A stretch of DNA of 64,000 nucleotides from the NCBI GenBank assembly GCA_973851085.1, contig OZ316776.1, positions 3,100,001 through 3,164,000 on the forward strand, in the 5' to 3' direction. The DNA comes from Ptychomitrium polyphyllum (taxonomy: Eukaryota). The notes beneath the pieces were generated by a model, which was given only the letters and a program-made list of their open reading frames with translations, was not told the origin of the DNA and made no database searches. Within the stretch, counting starts at the first letter, position 1, and the number at the start of each line of letters is the position of its first letter. Shown here in pieces: positions 32,001 to 45,392 of the stretch. The translations under genes and the position numbers were made by a program.

Positions 32001-34616
32001 AATAAAATCATGCCAAATTTTCAATTTTCAAGATTATATATGCAATGAATTATTATTGAAATAAGTATTAATTGTGGCAGTGTGATGATGAGAGCCTTGA
32101 AGTTGCCATAGAAGTTTTGAGCTTGAATATAGTAGATTAGCCATAAAACTAGGTTTCAACAAATTTATTTAAAATATCTTAAATAGATAATGCGACTATT
32201 ATTGTACATTGTATTTTAAAATTTTTGGTATTTATAATAAATCCATACTTTTAATGGATCTAACGTCAAAAATGAAATTGGAATATAAATATGCATGGCC
32301 TTAATGCAATATTGGAATCCAATTAATGAAATTTTTATGAGAGCAAATTTTAATAATACACCAGCTTATTTAATATTTTAAAAGATGTATAAATATTAAA
32401 TTTTCACACAATTAGTAAAATAAATGAGAAAGTAACAAGTTTACATAATAGTCAACATAATAAATAAATCTACATAATAAATAAATCAACACATTGTACA
32501 AATGTTTGTTAACAAACAATTTTTTTTAATCTCCAAAATTTTGTAAATTAAATGTAATATGACAACTTAAATTGCAATAATAAATTCATTTATAAAACAT
32601 TGTAATTGTTTATAACATATAATTAATAATTAAAATGAAAATTTTGTCATAACATAAGAAAATTGTTTTATATTATGCTTTAACCAAATAACATTTATAT
32701 ATGGCTTCAAAAATGAACAAATAATCAGTAAAATGCTAATATGTTCATAATATATAATAATTGGACAAAAAACCTCTATAAATCTTTGAAACATTAACAA
32801 AATCTAATAAAATTGTTCAACCTTATTTTAAAAATTCAATTAATTAAATCTAATAAGTTTATTTGCATATTATGAATTTTTCTTCTATAATTTAGTAAAA
32901 TATTTTCTTATAATTTATTGTAATTTTTTCATACAAATTAAAAGTTAAATGTTTTATAAATTTGATGTGTATATTATAAAATATTGGAATGATTTTAAAA
33001 AAAAATTATAATGTTAACAGAAAATATTAAATACCAATATTGATCTAATCAATGCAAATTTAAAGTCAAACATGTGTTGTTTTACAAATATAAATCAATT
33101 GATTTTGTACTGACTCAAATCACAACTAGGATGTGTAAACATATCTAGTGTTAGGAATTTCTATCACATTCAAAAATTAGCACAATACAATAGCACAATA
33201 CAATATTTATATTGTAGACTTACAAATAATATCAATATAACTCAAAGACTTTTTGATCTTCCTACTGAATTTTTTTTTGCAAAACAAACATTTCCATTAC
33301 TTTTGTATTTAAATGATAAAAAGCTCAATCAAAATTAGCATCAAACACTTTTATAGAATGTCACACTTGTACTTGCCAAGCCTTTCCAGTGGTTCAAGCA
33401 TGCACACAAAGCAGTTTTGATCTTTGTAGATGAATTTCGAAAAAGTAAAAAGTAACAAGTCATACACTAAGAACAATATTACTCATAAATCAAAAGCCAT
33501 ATTAACTATTCATTAAAGATTGGGTAGTTCAAAAAAGTATTTAAACCTTACATGACACAAGTTTAAGTAACGTTCCAAAAATAACTTGGTATGCTTTTCC
33601 CCAGATGTTATATCCTTTCTAATACAATTTCCTTAGGCAATACAAATGACCAATTTTTTTGGTGTACATCCCAAAACACACAAAAAAAACAGACATTCGT
33701 TCACGATGGCGTTCACACCGTCCCAGCGGCTACAGGTCCCGTCCCACCGAACTGACACATCAACTGCCCACCAGAGGACCCCAAACACCACACCACCCAC
33801 ACTACCGTCCATTACAGAGTGCCATCTTAAACCCGTTGCTGTACCGTAAACCAACATAGTTTATTTAAGTCGAACATTTTAATCATGAAATACAGAAGTG
33901 GCATAGATAATATCGGTGACAGGTAAAGCGACTGTAAATCTACGATGTAAACTAGAGATCTTGAGTTCCAGGGCACCAGTAGATGATACCGATTTTAGGT
34001 ACAGTGACGGTTTTACGGTATGCAACCTGCGTATCGCGTTGCGTCTGCGCGGCTGATCGCCGCGCAGCCGCGGCAGCTGCAGTGGCAGTCGCAAGGGGCC
34101 GAGCGCGCAAGGAGTGCAGCAGAACGCGGACCCTGTCGCGATGAGGATCCCAGTGGCGATCACCACCACACGCCGCGCCTGGTACCTAACCTCCATGTGG
34201 GCATGTAGGCGCAGGCCGGGTCACGAAGGTGTTACCAATGCCAGATTCACCACTGAAAACCAGAAGAACCACTGTAGCAGTCAGTGGAATAATCGAATCG
34301 ACGACGAAGACGGAGGATCAGAGGCGACGAGCGGAGTGGACGACGGGCGAGTTCCACTGGTGGGGTCGCTTCGCTCTGCTTTTCGTCGCCACCAACCAGT
34401 GGAATCCAAGAATCCATTCCCCTGAGCACAGCACAAACAGTCCCTGTCTCGATGCTACTCACGGGAAAATCGTGCATGAACTCCACTTTGGGTTTCTCTT
34501 TGAGCACTTTTCTCTTGTTGTGTCGGGTCTCCTCTGCAGCCTTTGCAGGCTCTGTGTTCTGTAGTTGAAGAGACGAGAACAAGATTGGAGTTTGGGTGAG
34601 CGAGAGAGACCGCACA

Positions 34617-36547
34617 ATGGAGGTTGTGGAGAGGTTGTATAGTGTGGTGGACGAGAAGGTGTCGCGAGGGGTGCATGCTTTGGTGCGGGATGTGTTCGAT
34701 ACGGAGTTGACGAGCACGCCCGTAACGAAGGGGTTGCCGTGTGTGGATAGCCCCACGCCCATCGTCATTGCTGTCACTCTGTACCTGACCATTGTCATTG
34801 GCGGGCTGGTGTGGATCAAAGCGAAGGATCTGAAGCCTCGCATTCAGGAGCCCCTGCTGCTCCAGGCGTTGGTGCTCGTGCACAATCTCTTCTGTTTCAC
34901 GCTCAGTCTTTACATGTGTGTTGGTATCACGTACCAGGCCATTACTCACAAGTAAGTGTACTCGGTCCTTTTCTGCATTACACTGCGGCGCTTGGGTTGC
35001 GTGAGTTGGTATTGATGGTTTTTGATTTGGTACGTCGGTGATGCTGGTCGATGTGACTGGTTGCGGCGCGATTGCGCCTACTTGAGGAAATGGTGCGGGG
35101 ATTTGGGGTGACTCACGGTGGTGATGTGCTTTTGGATTTATAGGTATTCATTGTGGGGCAATGCTTATAATCCTAAGCACAAAGAGGTATTGCTCCTGGC
35201 CAATCTTGAGGATGTTTTCTCTTTCGTTTAGGTTAATGGACCGCCGCAGTAGACCTAAATGCTGTAACTAGGTCACATTTTGTGTTCCATTGATATTCTG
35301 GTCTTTTTGCAATGCAGATGGCGATGCTTGTGTACTTGTTCTACATGTCCAAGTACGTGGAGTTTATGGACACTGTAAGGACTATCATATTTATTCTTCC
35401 TCGCCCACGCTTTCTGAAGTTTATTTAATTAGTAGCCTCGTGTGTGCTGTGGGCTTGCCCTTCCATTGTATGTATTTCTTGATCTTTTTTGTTGGTGCTT
35501 CGCAAAGGAAACATGTGAACTGAAAGTATGGTGGTGAATGGGGACAGATTATCATGGTCATGAAGCGCAGCACGAGGCAGATTTCTGTTCTTCACGTCTA
35601 TCATCATTCTTCCATTTCTCTCATCTGGTGGGCTATTACTCATCATGCTCCTGGTGGTGAAGGTAAGCTCATCACATCATATTCAACCAGCTTGTTGAAA
35701 TTAAGCATTTCGCAGAAACAGATCAAATTCTTATGTCACAGTACTTGGTAGTGGAGCTAGCGCGTTGCAAGAATTACAGTTAGTGATATCTGTGATGTGC
35801 AGCATATTGGTCTGCGGCTCTTAACTCAGGAGTACATGTCTTTATGTATGCCTACTACTTCTTGGCTGCTTGCCTACGAAGCAGCCCTAAATTGCGCGCC
35901 AAGTACCTCTTCTGGGGCAGGTGAGAATACTCTGGTTTAGAGTGGCTCTATAATCTTGCATTTTAAAACTCAGATTTTAAACCTGAACTATAATTTACGA
36001 CCGATCACCGTGTTGTTGTGATGCAGGTACTTGACACAGTTCCAAATATTCCAGTTCATGCTCAACTTGGTGCAGGCTTACTATGACATCAAAACGAACG
36101 CGCCTTATCCTCAATGGCTGATTAAGGTTAGTTTTTTTCCCTCTTTGGCTCTAGAGTCTTATTTGATCCTCCACTATCAAGTATTTCATTCTCTTTGTAT
36201 CTCTTGAAGTAAAAGATCCAAATACTGACAGTAAATAATTTCTCAACATAAAAAGCTCAACTCAGAATCTTCAATGCCTTGAGATGGACCCTCCGGTATC
36301 TGAGGACATTGTTGCCTGTTGTGTATGTGGTAGAACAGCGACCTATTGCATGATCTTTGAATCATTGTTTTTCAACTTGATCTGTTTCCACGTTTAGCCT
36401 TTATAGGCACTAACTGTGGGCTGCACTGTCATGATGCAGATCTTGTTCTATTACATGATCTCCTTACTCTTTCTGTTCGGCAACTTCTACATTCAGAAGT
36501 ATATCAAACCCTCCACTGAGAAGCAAAAGGGAGCCAAGACTGAGTGA
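34617..36547 (+). CDS. PSE1: ELO/GNS1-SUR4 family fatty-acid elongase, delta-6 PUFA elongase type
   Basis: Exons 34617-34951, 35144-35186, 35318-35374, 35548-35662, 35803-35920, 36027-36126 and 36440-36547. Motifs SKYVEFMDT, LHVYHH, NSGVHVFMYAYY, TQFQIFQF and C-terminal KGAKTE. Highly similar to moss PSE1 as I recall it. Confidence 0.93.
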
Positions 36548-38579
36548 GCTACTTTATTGGAACTTCTGTACGTTAGATGCTTTGGTCCTTACCATCTCCC
36601 GAGTTGCTTGTACACAGCATCAGTTTTTTAATGATGCCTACGAGCGTGGTCGGATATATTGTAAGAGGGTGTATGAAGGCAATTTTCTTCTGCATCTTAG
36701 TTAAGATCGTACACCTGAGAAGCAGTTGACCTGTTGCGCTTATCCTTCCATCAATAATCAAACCACTAAATTGTAAAAGTGTTATCATCTGACTTTTTTT
36801 CGTTTTTAACGTGCTGCTGGCGCCTTTGGAACACTCTTCTTTACACAATACATACTTACAGGTCCAGATAGTTTGGACCAGAAATCTGGAGTCTTGAACA
36901 CGTGAAAATTTTGCAAAGTCAGGTGCACTACAGTTATGAGACAATAAAGGTGGTAAGATGATGAAGAATATCTCACTTCTTGAAAGCCTGATCGAAGACC
37001 AAGTTCGAGTTTGACAACAATTACTATTGGACTTCCTGCGGATTTTACTGAGGTAGTCAATGATATGTGACTAGTACAATCTCGTGGAGAATGTTCTGTA
37101 AAAAATGAACTACTTTTTCATGTGCACAATTCGTGCCTATTTTGGGTGAGAGACTCCAGCGATTCGGAGCATGGTAAAAAGGTTTGTTAAGAAATGGTTT
37201 GCATGAATGAGAATCATTCCCTCCTAGTTTGGACGAAGAAAGATGAGTGAGGTGGCAAGTTGCCAATGCATCTCCCCATTCTCTAATTTCTAAGAATTTC
37301 CCCATCTTTGGATTGTTTGAAGACTATAATTTCCAAGAATCATGTTAGAGAATTGCTCTTCAGATCCCTACTTAGGTAATTCACGCCCGCTTTAAACAAG
37401 AAGCTGTACTCTGTCTTCCCTCGACATTGGTAGCGCTTGTTGCTGATTTAGTTCGGTGGTACTGCCCAGTTCTCACTCTGGTCCAATTCAAGCTTGTCAA
37501 TAAAGAAAAACGGGTGTAGTGTGATGAAAATCTCTTGAAGCTTGCAAAGGAGCGGGAAAAGGATGAAGCATTAAAAGCTTGGTACTTTCCAATCGCATCT
37601 GATAACTATGCAGTACATCCGTGGTCGAAGTTGTAGAACACACTTTCTGGCTTGGACTTTCTTCCTGATGATTACTGGAATCATCCTCCACGTTCCTCCA
37701 CGGACTGGGAAAATGGCTACTATATACGGTGTCAGATTTCAGTTCTAATTTATAGTGTGCTTCTGCTGTTCGTTGTACATGTATACCCGTCGAGAAAAAG
37801 ACATGGCGTCCACTCCTAGTTTGGATTTGGAGCAGTAGCTATCGGCGTGTGGCATGTAGAAGTCCATTTTGCTAGTCAATGTTGTAAGTTTATTGCAAGT
37901 TTTCTCAATAAAGCAGAAGCTTCTCAAAGCTCCGAAGTTTGTTGTATTTCAAGGCTGTATTGACAGTGCCTCACACTGCACAGGATAATGAGAGCTAAAC
38001 AGCAGCTGACCCATGCTAGTTATAACTTTTGCAAACTAGCATTACAGGTACGTTAAGGTTTGAGAATATCTACACGGGTAAGAAGAAATTCATGCACTCG
38101 GTCCAGCTTAAGTGTCCATTACACCATATCCCACAATTCTTCAATTTCAAGCTCAAGCTATGTAAGAGGCACTTAATGCAGTTTGAGAACAACTACTGTC
38201 ACTCTTCCTGCAGATTTTATTGAGGTACTCAGTAGTATGTGACAAGTACAATCTTATACGGAAAATATGCTCTGGAAAGAATGAACTCCGTTTTATATGC
38301 TCAATTCGTGCCTACTTTGCGTTGGACAAAAACAACACTCACTTTGTATGGATATTGTCTGCAATGTCTCTCGCAAAACATACTTTCTAGTCGGAAATGC
38401 AGATAGCATTAGACCGAAAACACTCTCCATCATGTACACACGATCTAGAGCCGCGTCATCTCAAAATGGGTTTCGAAAATCCATGATATCTTCACTAAAA
38501 TGCAAATGCGCATCAATGAACCAACAACTCCATCAACATTTGCAAGAAGGGAAGACGAGGGTTTGTAGTAGTATCCATC

Positions 38580-39906
38580 TCATTTCACTGCAAAGTACTC
38601 CAACGCGTTCGTTGGACGGGCATACAGTCGTTGGCTTGAAATGTACTCCGTCCACGTGAAAGGGCGATAGTTCGCAGGGTGCTCAGCATCCACCAATTCC
38701 GGAAGTGGAGCAACTTGGTCCCAATCCGGCGCTTGCACAAAATATGCAAGCGAATACCTATCTTCGTCCTTGTTCACAACTGCTTTGTGCACTGCACTCT
38801 TGCACAAGTCGTTGCTAATTGCCTGCACACAGAGACCAGTAATATTCATTTCGAAGACCCAAATCAATCCCCCACAAATTGTGCAACTAAAAATGATCCA
38901 ATTGACTGAATTCAAACAGAGTGCAATGTGAGCTAACCTGGAGCATGTTTCCGGCATTGATAGCAAACGCCTCCGGGTGAGGTCGCACGGCATACCATCG
39001 ACCGTCTTTCATCACCTGCAAGCCTCCAACGTCGCCCTGATGCAGAATAGTGATGAGATTGGCGTCGTGATGTGGCATCAACCCCGTCGTCAGAGACGGA
39101 TCTGGGCATGGCGGGTAATGGTTCAGCCGGATGAGAGCAGGCTCCTTGGGCAGAAACCTCTCAATTCCCGTCTCAGTATAATCCACTCCCAAACTGTTCA
39201 AAATCAGACGAAACAAGCGGAATCCGAGCTCCTTGACGGCTGCGAAATACTCCTCCAACGCTTCACTGTACTCAACCAATCACGTTCGTCAAAATCATCA
39301 TTCTGTTCCAAAATTTCCTCACTTTTCCTGCAAAATCTGAATTTGACTATGGGTAACATAGTACCTGAATTCTGTTTGAATGTCGTGATCCTCAGGCCAA
39401 AAGGTGCTGGCGAACGTTGCAGCGCGAGGGATGTCCACGAAGAGACCTTCGCTCCAAACTCTACGACTCGTTTTCTTCTTGTTGGAGTTGAGGAATCCAT
39501 AGCCGAGGAGGCGATCGCCGTCCAATTTGCACTCGATCAACTCCTTTGTCTCGAGAGGGAGGTCGAAGAATCTCTTGGAAAGGGCTTGGACTCTCTCTAA
39601 GAGTACCGAATCCACCCCGTGATTCACCACTTGAAAGAAGCCCCAGCTGGCACACGCTCCTCGTATGCGATCGCAGACTGCTCGCCGGCGAGTCTCGTCG
39701 AGGTCGTCGTGCAAACCACTTAAGTCGATCACTGGAATTTGATCGTCGTCTACGTATCCGTCGTGGACGACGTGAGAGAGTATCTCCTTGGGCCATACGT
39801 AAGCCTCAGGGACGACGCTGCTCGCTACGGTGAAGTCGGGTAAGGCGTTGGACAATGCGGGTGCACTGCTCGGATCATCCTTCCCAGCCCCAACTGCCAT
39901 GTCCAC
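38580..39906 (-). CDS. 2-oxoglutarate/Fe(II) dioxygenase, gibberellin 3-oxidase-like
   Basis: Exons 39906-39365, 39265-38938 and 38822-38580. Motifs IPVIDL, WGFFQVVNHGV, VWSEGL, LNHYPPCPDP, HHD (HxD), distal H in SAVHKA, and RYS. Confidence 0.88.
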
Positions 39907-40026
39907 AGCTTCGTTACAACTACAACTTCGTCTCAGAGCTGGCAGTGAGCGCTAGAGCTCAGAAAACTACTGCAAACTGAAAGCTAACACGAACTAAAAG
40001 CACAATTCAGTTCTAACAATAAGACT

Positions 40027-41649
40027 GATCTCATTCGCTGCTGCCGATTCGGTACTGTACTGATGTGTTCAATCCTGTGGTGTTGATACAGATGAGCTGA
40101 GTAGGACTTGCTTATATTGCCAGTGAAGGTGAGTCAACGGCCTGCACTCTAAGGCACTTCGAGGAGGATAAACAAGTTTTCGAGCAAGAGTGTAGTTTCC
40201 GGACTACCGGAGTTGACTGAATCACGCGCTGCAATCAGCGTAGCAAAAACTACAGTGCATGGAAGTTTGGTAGCCTAGCAGCCCATCTAACTTGCCGTCA
40301 CAGAAGGCACGATGGTCACAAAGCGCGGCACACTCCACCGCACTGCAGTCGGTTTCTGAATTAGGTGACGATGAGCTTGATGAGAGGTTCTTTCAGCGAA
40401 AAAGAAAAACACTTTCAGGATTTTCTTTTCCTTTCTTTTTTGGCACAACTTGAAACCAAGTTCTATCGCAAGGAGGTAAGTAAATACTTTGAACGTTCAT
40501 ATTCGTTATATTTAGACAAAATGCATCTTTTGAAACTCCCATCTCTAGTCTTGGGGTCCGAATTGTCATAAATTGAGACTCTAAAATGTCTCAATTTAAT
40601 GACTATGGTGTGTCTGGGGTGGGATGAGTTAGGGTTGGTTGGGCTGGTCACTAGGGTCTGTGTTTCAACATTTTCAAAAGTTTGCATTTTAGCTCAGTCT
40701 GATGAAGAATGGTTGTTCATTGGTTTCGTATCTCAGTTTACAGTGACCGTGGAACTTGGGCTTGGCAGCTGGGCAGGTTAGGACTGAAGCATGTGTAGGA
40801 AGAGGCGGATTACTTCGTTGTTTACCTAGAGGTCATCAGTTTACAGACAGGACTGGATTTTTGGAAAGGCGGAGTTACCGTCCGATTCTTCAGCTACCTT
40901 TCCAGCCAAGGCTATCTCTCACAGTAGGTCGGATCTGATTCTCTGTTGCCGATTCGGTACTGTACTGATGTGTTCAATCCTGTGGTGTTGATGCAGATGA
41001 GCTGAGTAGGACTTGCTTATACTGCCAGTGAAGGTGAGTCAACAGCCTTCACTCTAAGGCACTTCGAGGAGGATAAACAAGTTTTCGAGCAAGAGTGTAG
41101 TTTCCGGACTACCGGAGTTGACTGAATCACGCGCTGCAATCAGCGTAGCAAAAACTACAGTGCATGGAAGTTTGGTAGCCTAGCAGCCCATCTAACTTGC
41201 CGTCCCAGAAGGCACGATGGTCACAGAGCGCGGCACACTCCACCGGACTGTAGTCGGTTTCTGAATTAGGTGACGATGAGCTTGACGAACCTTTCAGCAA
41301 TTTCTTTTTCTTTCCTTTTTTGGCACAAACTGAAACCAAATTCTATTGCAAATACTCTGGGGCGGGATGAGTTCGGCTGGGTTGGGCTGGTCACTAGGGT
41401 CTGTTTTCCAACATTTTCAAAAGTTTGCATTTTAGCTCAGTCTGATGAAGAATGGTTGTTCATTGGTTTCGTATCTCAGTTTACAGTGACCGTGGAACTT
41501 GGGCTTGGCAGCTGGGCAAGTTAGGACTGAAGCATGTGTAGGAAGAGGCGGATTACTTCGTTGTTTACCTAGAGGTCATCAGTTTACAGACAGGACTGGA
41601 TTTTTGGAAAGGCGGAGTTACCGTCCGATTCTTCAGCTACCTTTCCAGC
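40027..41649. repeat. Recent tandem duplication of the dioxygenase upstream region (copy 1 about 40027-40906, copy 2 about 40932-41649)
   Basis: Near-identical sequence from gccgattcggtactgtactgatg to cagctacctttccagc. Copy 1 carries about 140-160 extra bp near 40470-40612. Confidence 0.95.
40110..40119 (-). promoter_or_regulatory. Candidate TATA-like box of the dioxygenase gene
   Basis: CAATATAAGC on the minus strand about 200 bp upstream of the ATG. The duplicate copy reads CAGTATAAGC. Confidence 0.35.
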
Positions 41650-42554
41650 TAACTCTGTGACTAGTTTGTTGGGGTTGATACAGGTACTTGTTCAATAAAA
41701 CATGTATGAATTTAGGTTTTGGAGGTAGAAATGCTATGTGGGAGCCATGAGTATGCCAGGCAACGGAGTTGAATCACCATTTTCGGTAAGATGACGTTAT
41801 GATTTGTACATGATTTTAGCCACCGGTTTGCTTGAAATTGCTTTTTAGATTAATGGCTAGGAGTCAATTGTGCGGATGCTCATACTGAGGCCCAGGAATT
41901 TAACAGTTTATTTGTACTAGATAGCTTTATTGCAAGGTCACATGTATCCATGCTGTCCCAAACCATTGACTGCCCTCTGTTTGTTATGTATGCTTGCAAC
42001 CGCATTTTTTTAACCATCTCTGCAATGCCAAATCGCCGTTTCTGAATTAGTGTATGGTTAAACATCATGTTGTGGACTAGCGAGTTAGGATGATATCTTC
42101 ACAACCCACTGCTAATTTTAGGCGGCTTTGAGGTGGTGAGTCTTTGTAACAAATAAATTAATTGTGGACTACAGATTTTCTAGTTTCGTCTTGACGCTGG
42201 CTGTTTCGTTGGTGGAATGGGAGATAGGAGGTTACGCTTAATGCATGAGACAAACGAGCGGTCAGGGTACTTTAAACTGTCATATAGGGGTGCTCACATG
42301 AACGAACTAGATTCCGGTGTCTGTTCATAACTGAAGAGCAACATAGAGAGAGCAGACACGTAGGAGAATAAATGGTCATGACACCTTTGTACCTGTGGCG
42401 GCGGCTTTTCAAATCCATGTAATGTACAGCTCTCTTTCGTGTCCTCCTATTACCATATCCTCTGCCCTTCTCTAGGCCTTAGCAATTTTGTCTAGCTCAG
42501 AAAACCTTAAGCCTCTTGTCGGTTCTTTTCCTCAAATCGTTATTCATCCCTACT

Positions 42555-45392
42555 ATGAGTCCAAGTCCAAAGCATATCTCTCCTCCGCGGGGTAGCAAGG
42601 GGAAGCACTGTAGTCACTCACCACCTCATGGCAGGAGCGGGGGTTACTCGAGAGGTCCCTCACCTGAAAGGAATTTTGATTACAGTTTCTCACCCACGAC
42701 CATTAGTACTGAACGTAAGAAACATTTCTGTATCTCTACTCAACCGTTGATTATACTGTGTTTAAGTCCACTTCTGAGATTGGGAGATTATTATTTGCTA
42801 TGCATAGCATCATCGTGGTGATTACACTTGTTTATACATTTGTGCACATGAAAAATCTGCTCTGGTTTGATAGTTTCAAGCGTGCTCGGCTTGAGGGATG
42901 TTTTTGTTGTTGATTTTCTGTCATGTCTGCGCAGTTAAGGGCAAGACAGAATTGGTGGTGTGCTTTGGGGAGTTGCTCATTGATTTTGTGCCAACCGTGG
43001 GAGGACTTTCGCTTGCTGATGCCCCTGCCTTCAAGAAAGCGCCTGGAGGTGCACCCGCGAACGTTGCTGTCGGGATTGCAAAGCTCGGGGGAAATGCTGC
43101 TTTCGTTGGTAAGGTAAATCCTCTCATCAACTATGAATATTAGGTGTGGAGGCTATCGTATAGGTTATTAATGTTATTCGAAGTAGATATTTGATCTATC
43201 AGATGCTTTTGTCATCCTGTTCAGTAGCGCCATCCAACAATATTGGCAGAACATCATCATTTCTCTCTTCGCCAGGGGTTAGGATTTAGCATCACTATCG
43301 GTGAATGTTGAGACCTCCTTCTGAACTTCTTGCAGAAATCTGGTCAAATTGTTTGTGAAGATTGAACGTTTCATTCACCGATTTATTCGGATGATCTTTT
43401 TTAGTACGGATTCATGCATAATAAGAAGTAGCGTATTGGAATGTTTATTAGTAAGAAATGTCAATGTACACTTGCAGCTTCTTTTGACAGAAGGTCACTC
43501 TTAACATCGCAACACGCTCCTGGTAACTCAACTTCATGGACATCTGAATCATGTGCCTTTTGATCGCCAAGAAGGACTCCGTCAGTTAGGATTATACTTG
43601 CGGCCTCTGCATTTTGTATATTCATGAACAAACGAATGACTCACGGAAGCTTGCTGGGTGGTGATAGGTTGGAGATGATGAATTTGGGTACATGTTAGTA
43701 GAGGTGTTAAAAGAAAACAGAGTGGAAACAAGAGGCTGTCGCTTTGATCCAAAAGCCAGGACTGCGCTTGCCTTCGTGACATTGCGGGACGATGGGGAAC
43801 GTGAATTCATGTTCTATCGTAACCCCAGTGCAGACATGTTGTTTGAGACGAGGGAGCTTGACACTGAGCTTCTCAAGCAGGTATCAAATTATCTTCTTCC
43901 TCTTTTCTACTTGATGGAATGCTTAATACTTCTAACAGTTTACTGTAGATTTTATGTCAAGTTTTATGTCTCAAGAACAATTATTTCTTAATCTCGTCAT
44001 ACAGCTTGTCATCGTTTGTGATCAAGGTGTGTGACACCATTGTTCATTAATTGGTTGGATGTCATTTACAGGCTTCTATTATGCACTATGGATCTATCAG
44101 CTTGATCACGGAGCCTTCACGTTCCACTCATATGGAAGCTATGAGGATTGCTAGAGGCGGAGGGTGCTTGTTATCTTATGACCCAAATCTTCGATTGCCA
44201 CTATGGCCTTCACCAGAGGCTGCTAAAGAGGGTATTAAGAGTATTTGGGATCAAGCTGACATTATCAAGGTGAGGATCGAATGTTGCTATCAGTGCGTCG
44301 CAATCTTAAGCCGTTGTGGACACAGATAGACCTGGTATTGAATTGATTAGAGTGTACGGATTGAGAATGTTTTTGATATAAGAGGTTTACAATGGGGGGC
44401 TGAAGGTTAGCGATGAGGAGGTGGTGTTCCTCACCGGCGGGGACCCCAAAAGTGACGACAATAACATGAGAATGTTTCATCCTCGATGCAAGTTGATGCT
44501 GGTGACCGAGGGTGGGGAGGGATGCCGATATTATACTCAGGTATGAATATACTTCTAAAAGAAAGATTTTACTTTCAAGAAAATGTTTCATAGCATGAAC
44601 TGCAAACATAGTCCTGTCACGATGCTTTTTGTCGTGGTACTTTGCTTCTAACTTTGAATTTGCTGATTCGTAATCTTCTAGCAAAGTGTCCGTACTATTA
44701 ACAGGTCTAAGATCACACTTTGTTCCTGCTTTTATAAATCAACATTCATTACCTATTTTTATCTTGATTTTTTTGCGAGACTTCCTACAATCATTTAAAT
44801 ATCAGAACGCAGGTATATGAGACTGACGTGAAAATCATTCTGTTGTGTGAAATTTGATCCCTATTAGATGGGCTTCTTTCCCAACTTATCGGATTCTCTG
44901 ATCATTTCGCTGTATAGATTGTAGGATCACTGATTCTTCATGACGACGTGAGCATGCAGAGATTTAAGGGCAAAGTAGGCGGTATCAAGGTGCAAGTTGT
45001 TGACACAACTGGGGCTGGTGATGCATTTTGTGCTGGCCTTTTGAGTAATCTTGCGAAGGATTTTGGTATTTTCGATGTTAGTGCATGGTTTCTACTGAAG
45101 CTGAAGGCTTAAATTCCGTCTGTCATAGCAGTTTTTTATTCTCCTGTATAGTTCTTCTGGGTATCCTCTCTTTTATGAATTTAGTCAAATATTTTTTCAT
45201 GACTATGATAGCGTAAAGCTGCTGTTTAGACATTTCTCATGAACTCTTATACTTCAGGATGAACCACGATTACGAGAAGCTTTAAAATTTGCTAACGCTT
45301 GTGGAGCCATTACAACAACAGAGCGAGGAGCAATTCCTTCCATGCCCGACAGGGACACTGTGTTGAGGATGATAAGTAAAGTCATTGCTTGA
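42555..45392 (+). CDS. FRK: Fructokinase (pfkB family)
   Basis: Exons 42555-42714, 42935-43113, 43668-43880, 44072-44269, 44406-44540, 44960-45076 and 45258-45392. Motifs [52 protein letters not shown] and [18 protein letters not shown]. Confidence 0.95.

Noticed and set aside
31100..33600. Very AT-rich tracts (also about 25.3-26.9, 46.2-47.4 and 58.9-61.3 kb)
   Set aside because: No periodicity, terminal repeats or ORFs that I could verify; treated as ordinary intergenic or decayed repeat DNA.
33633..34949. Cluster of overlapping ORFs, including a 198-aa minus ORF, around the elongase start
   Set aside because: GC-rich promoter, UTR and antisense shadow of elongase exon 1; no recognisable domains.
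38977..39600. 207-aa plus-strand ORF
   Set aside because: Antisense shadow of the GC-rich dioxygenase exons.
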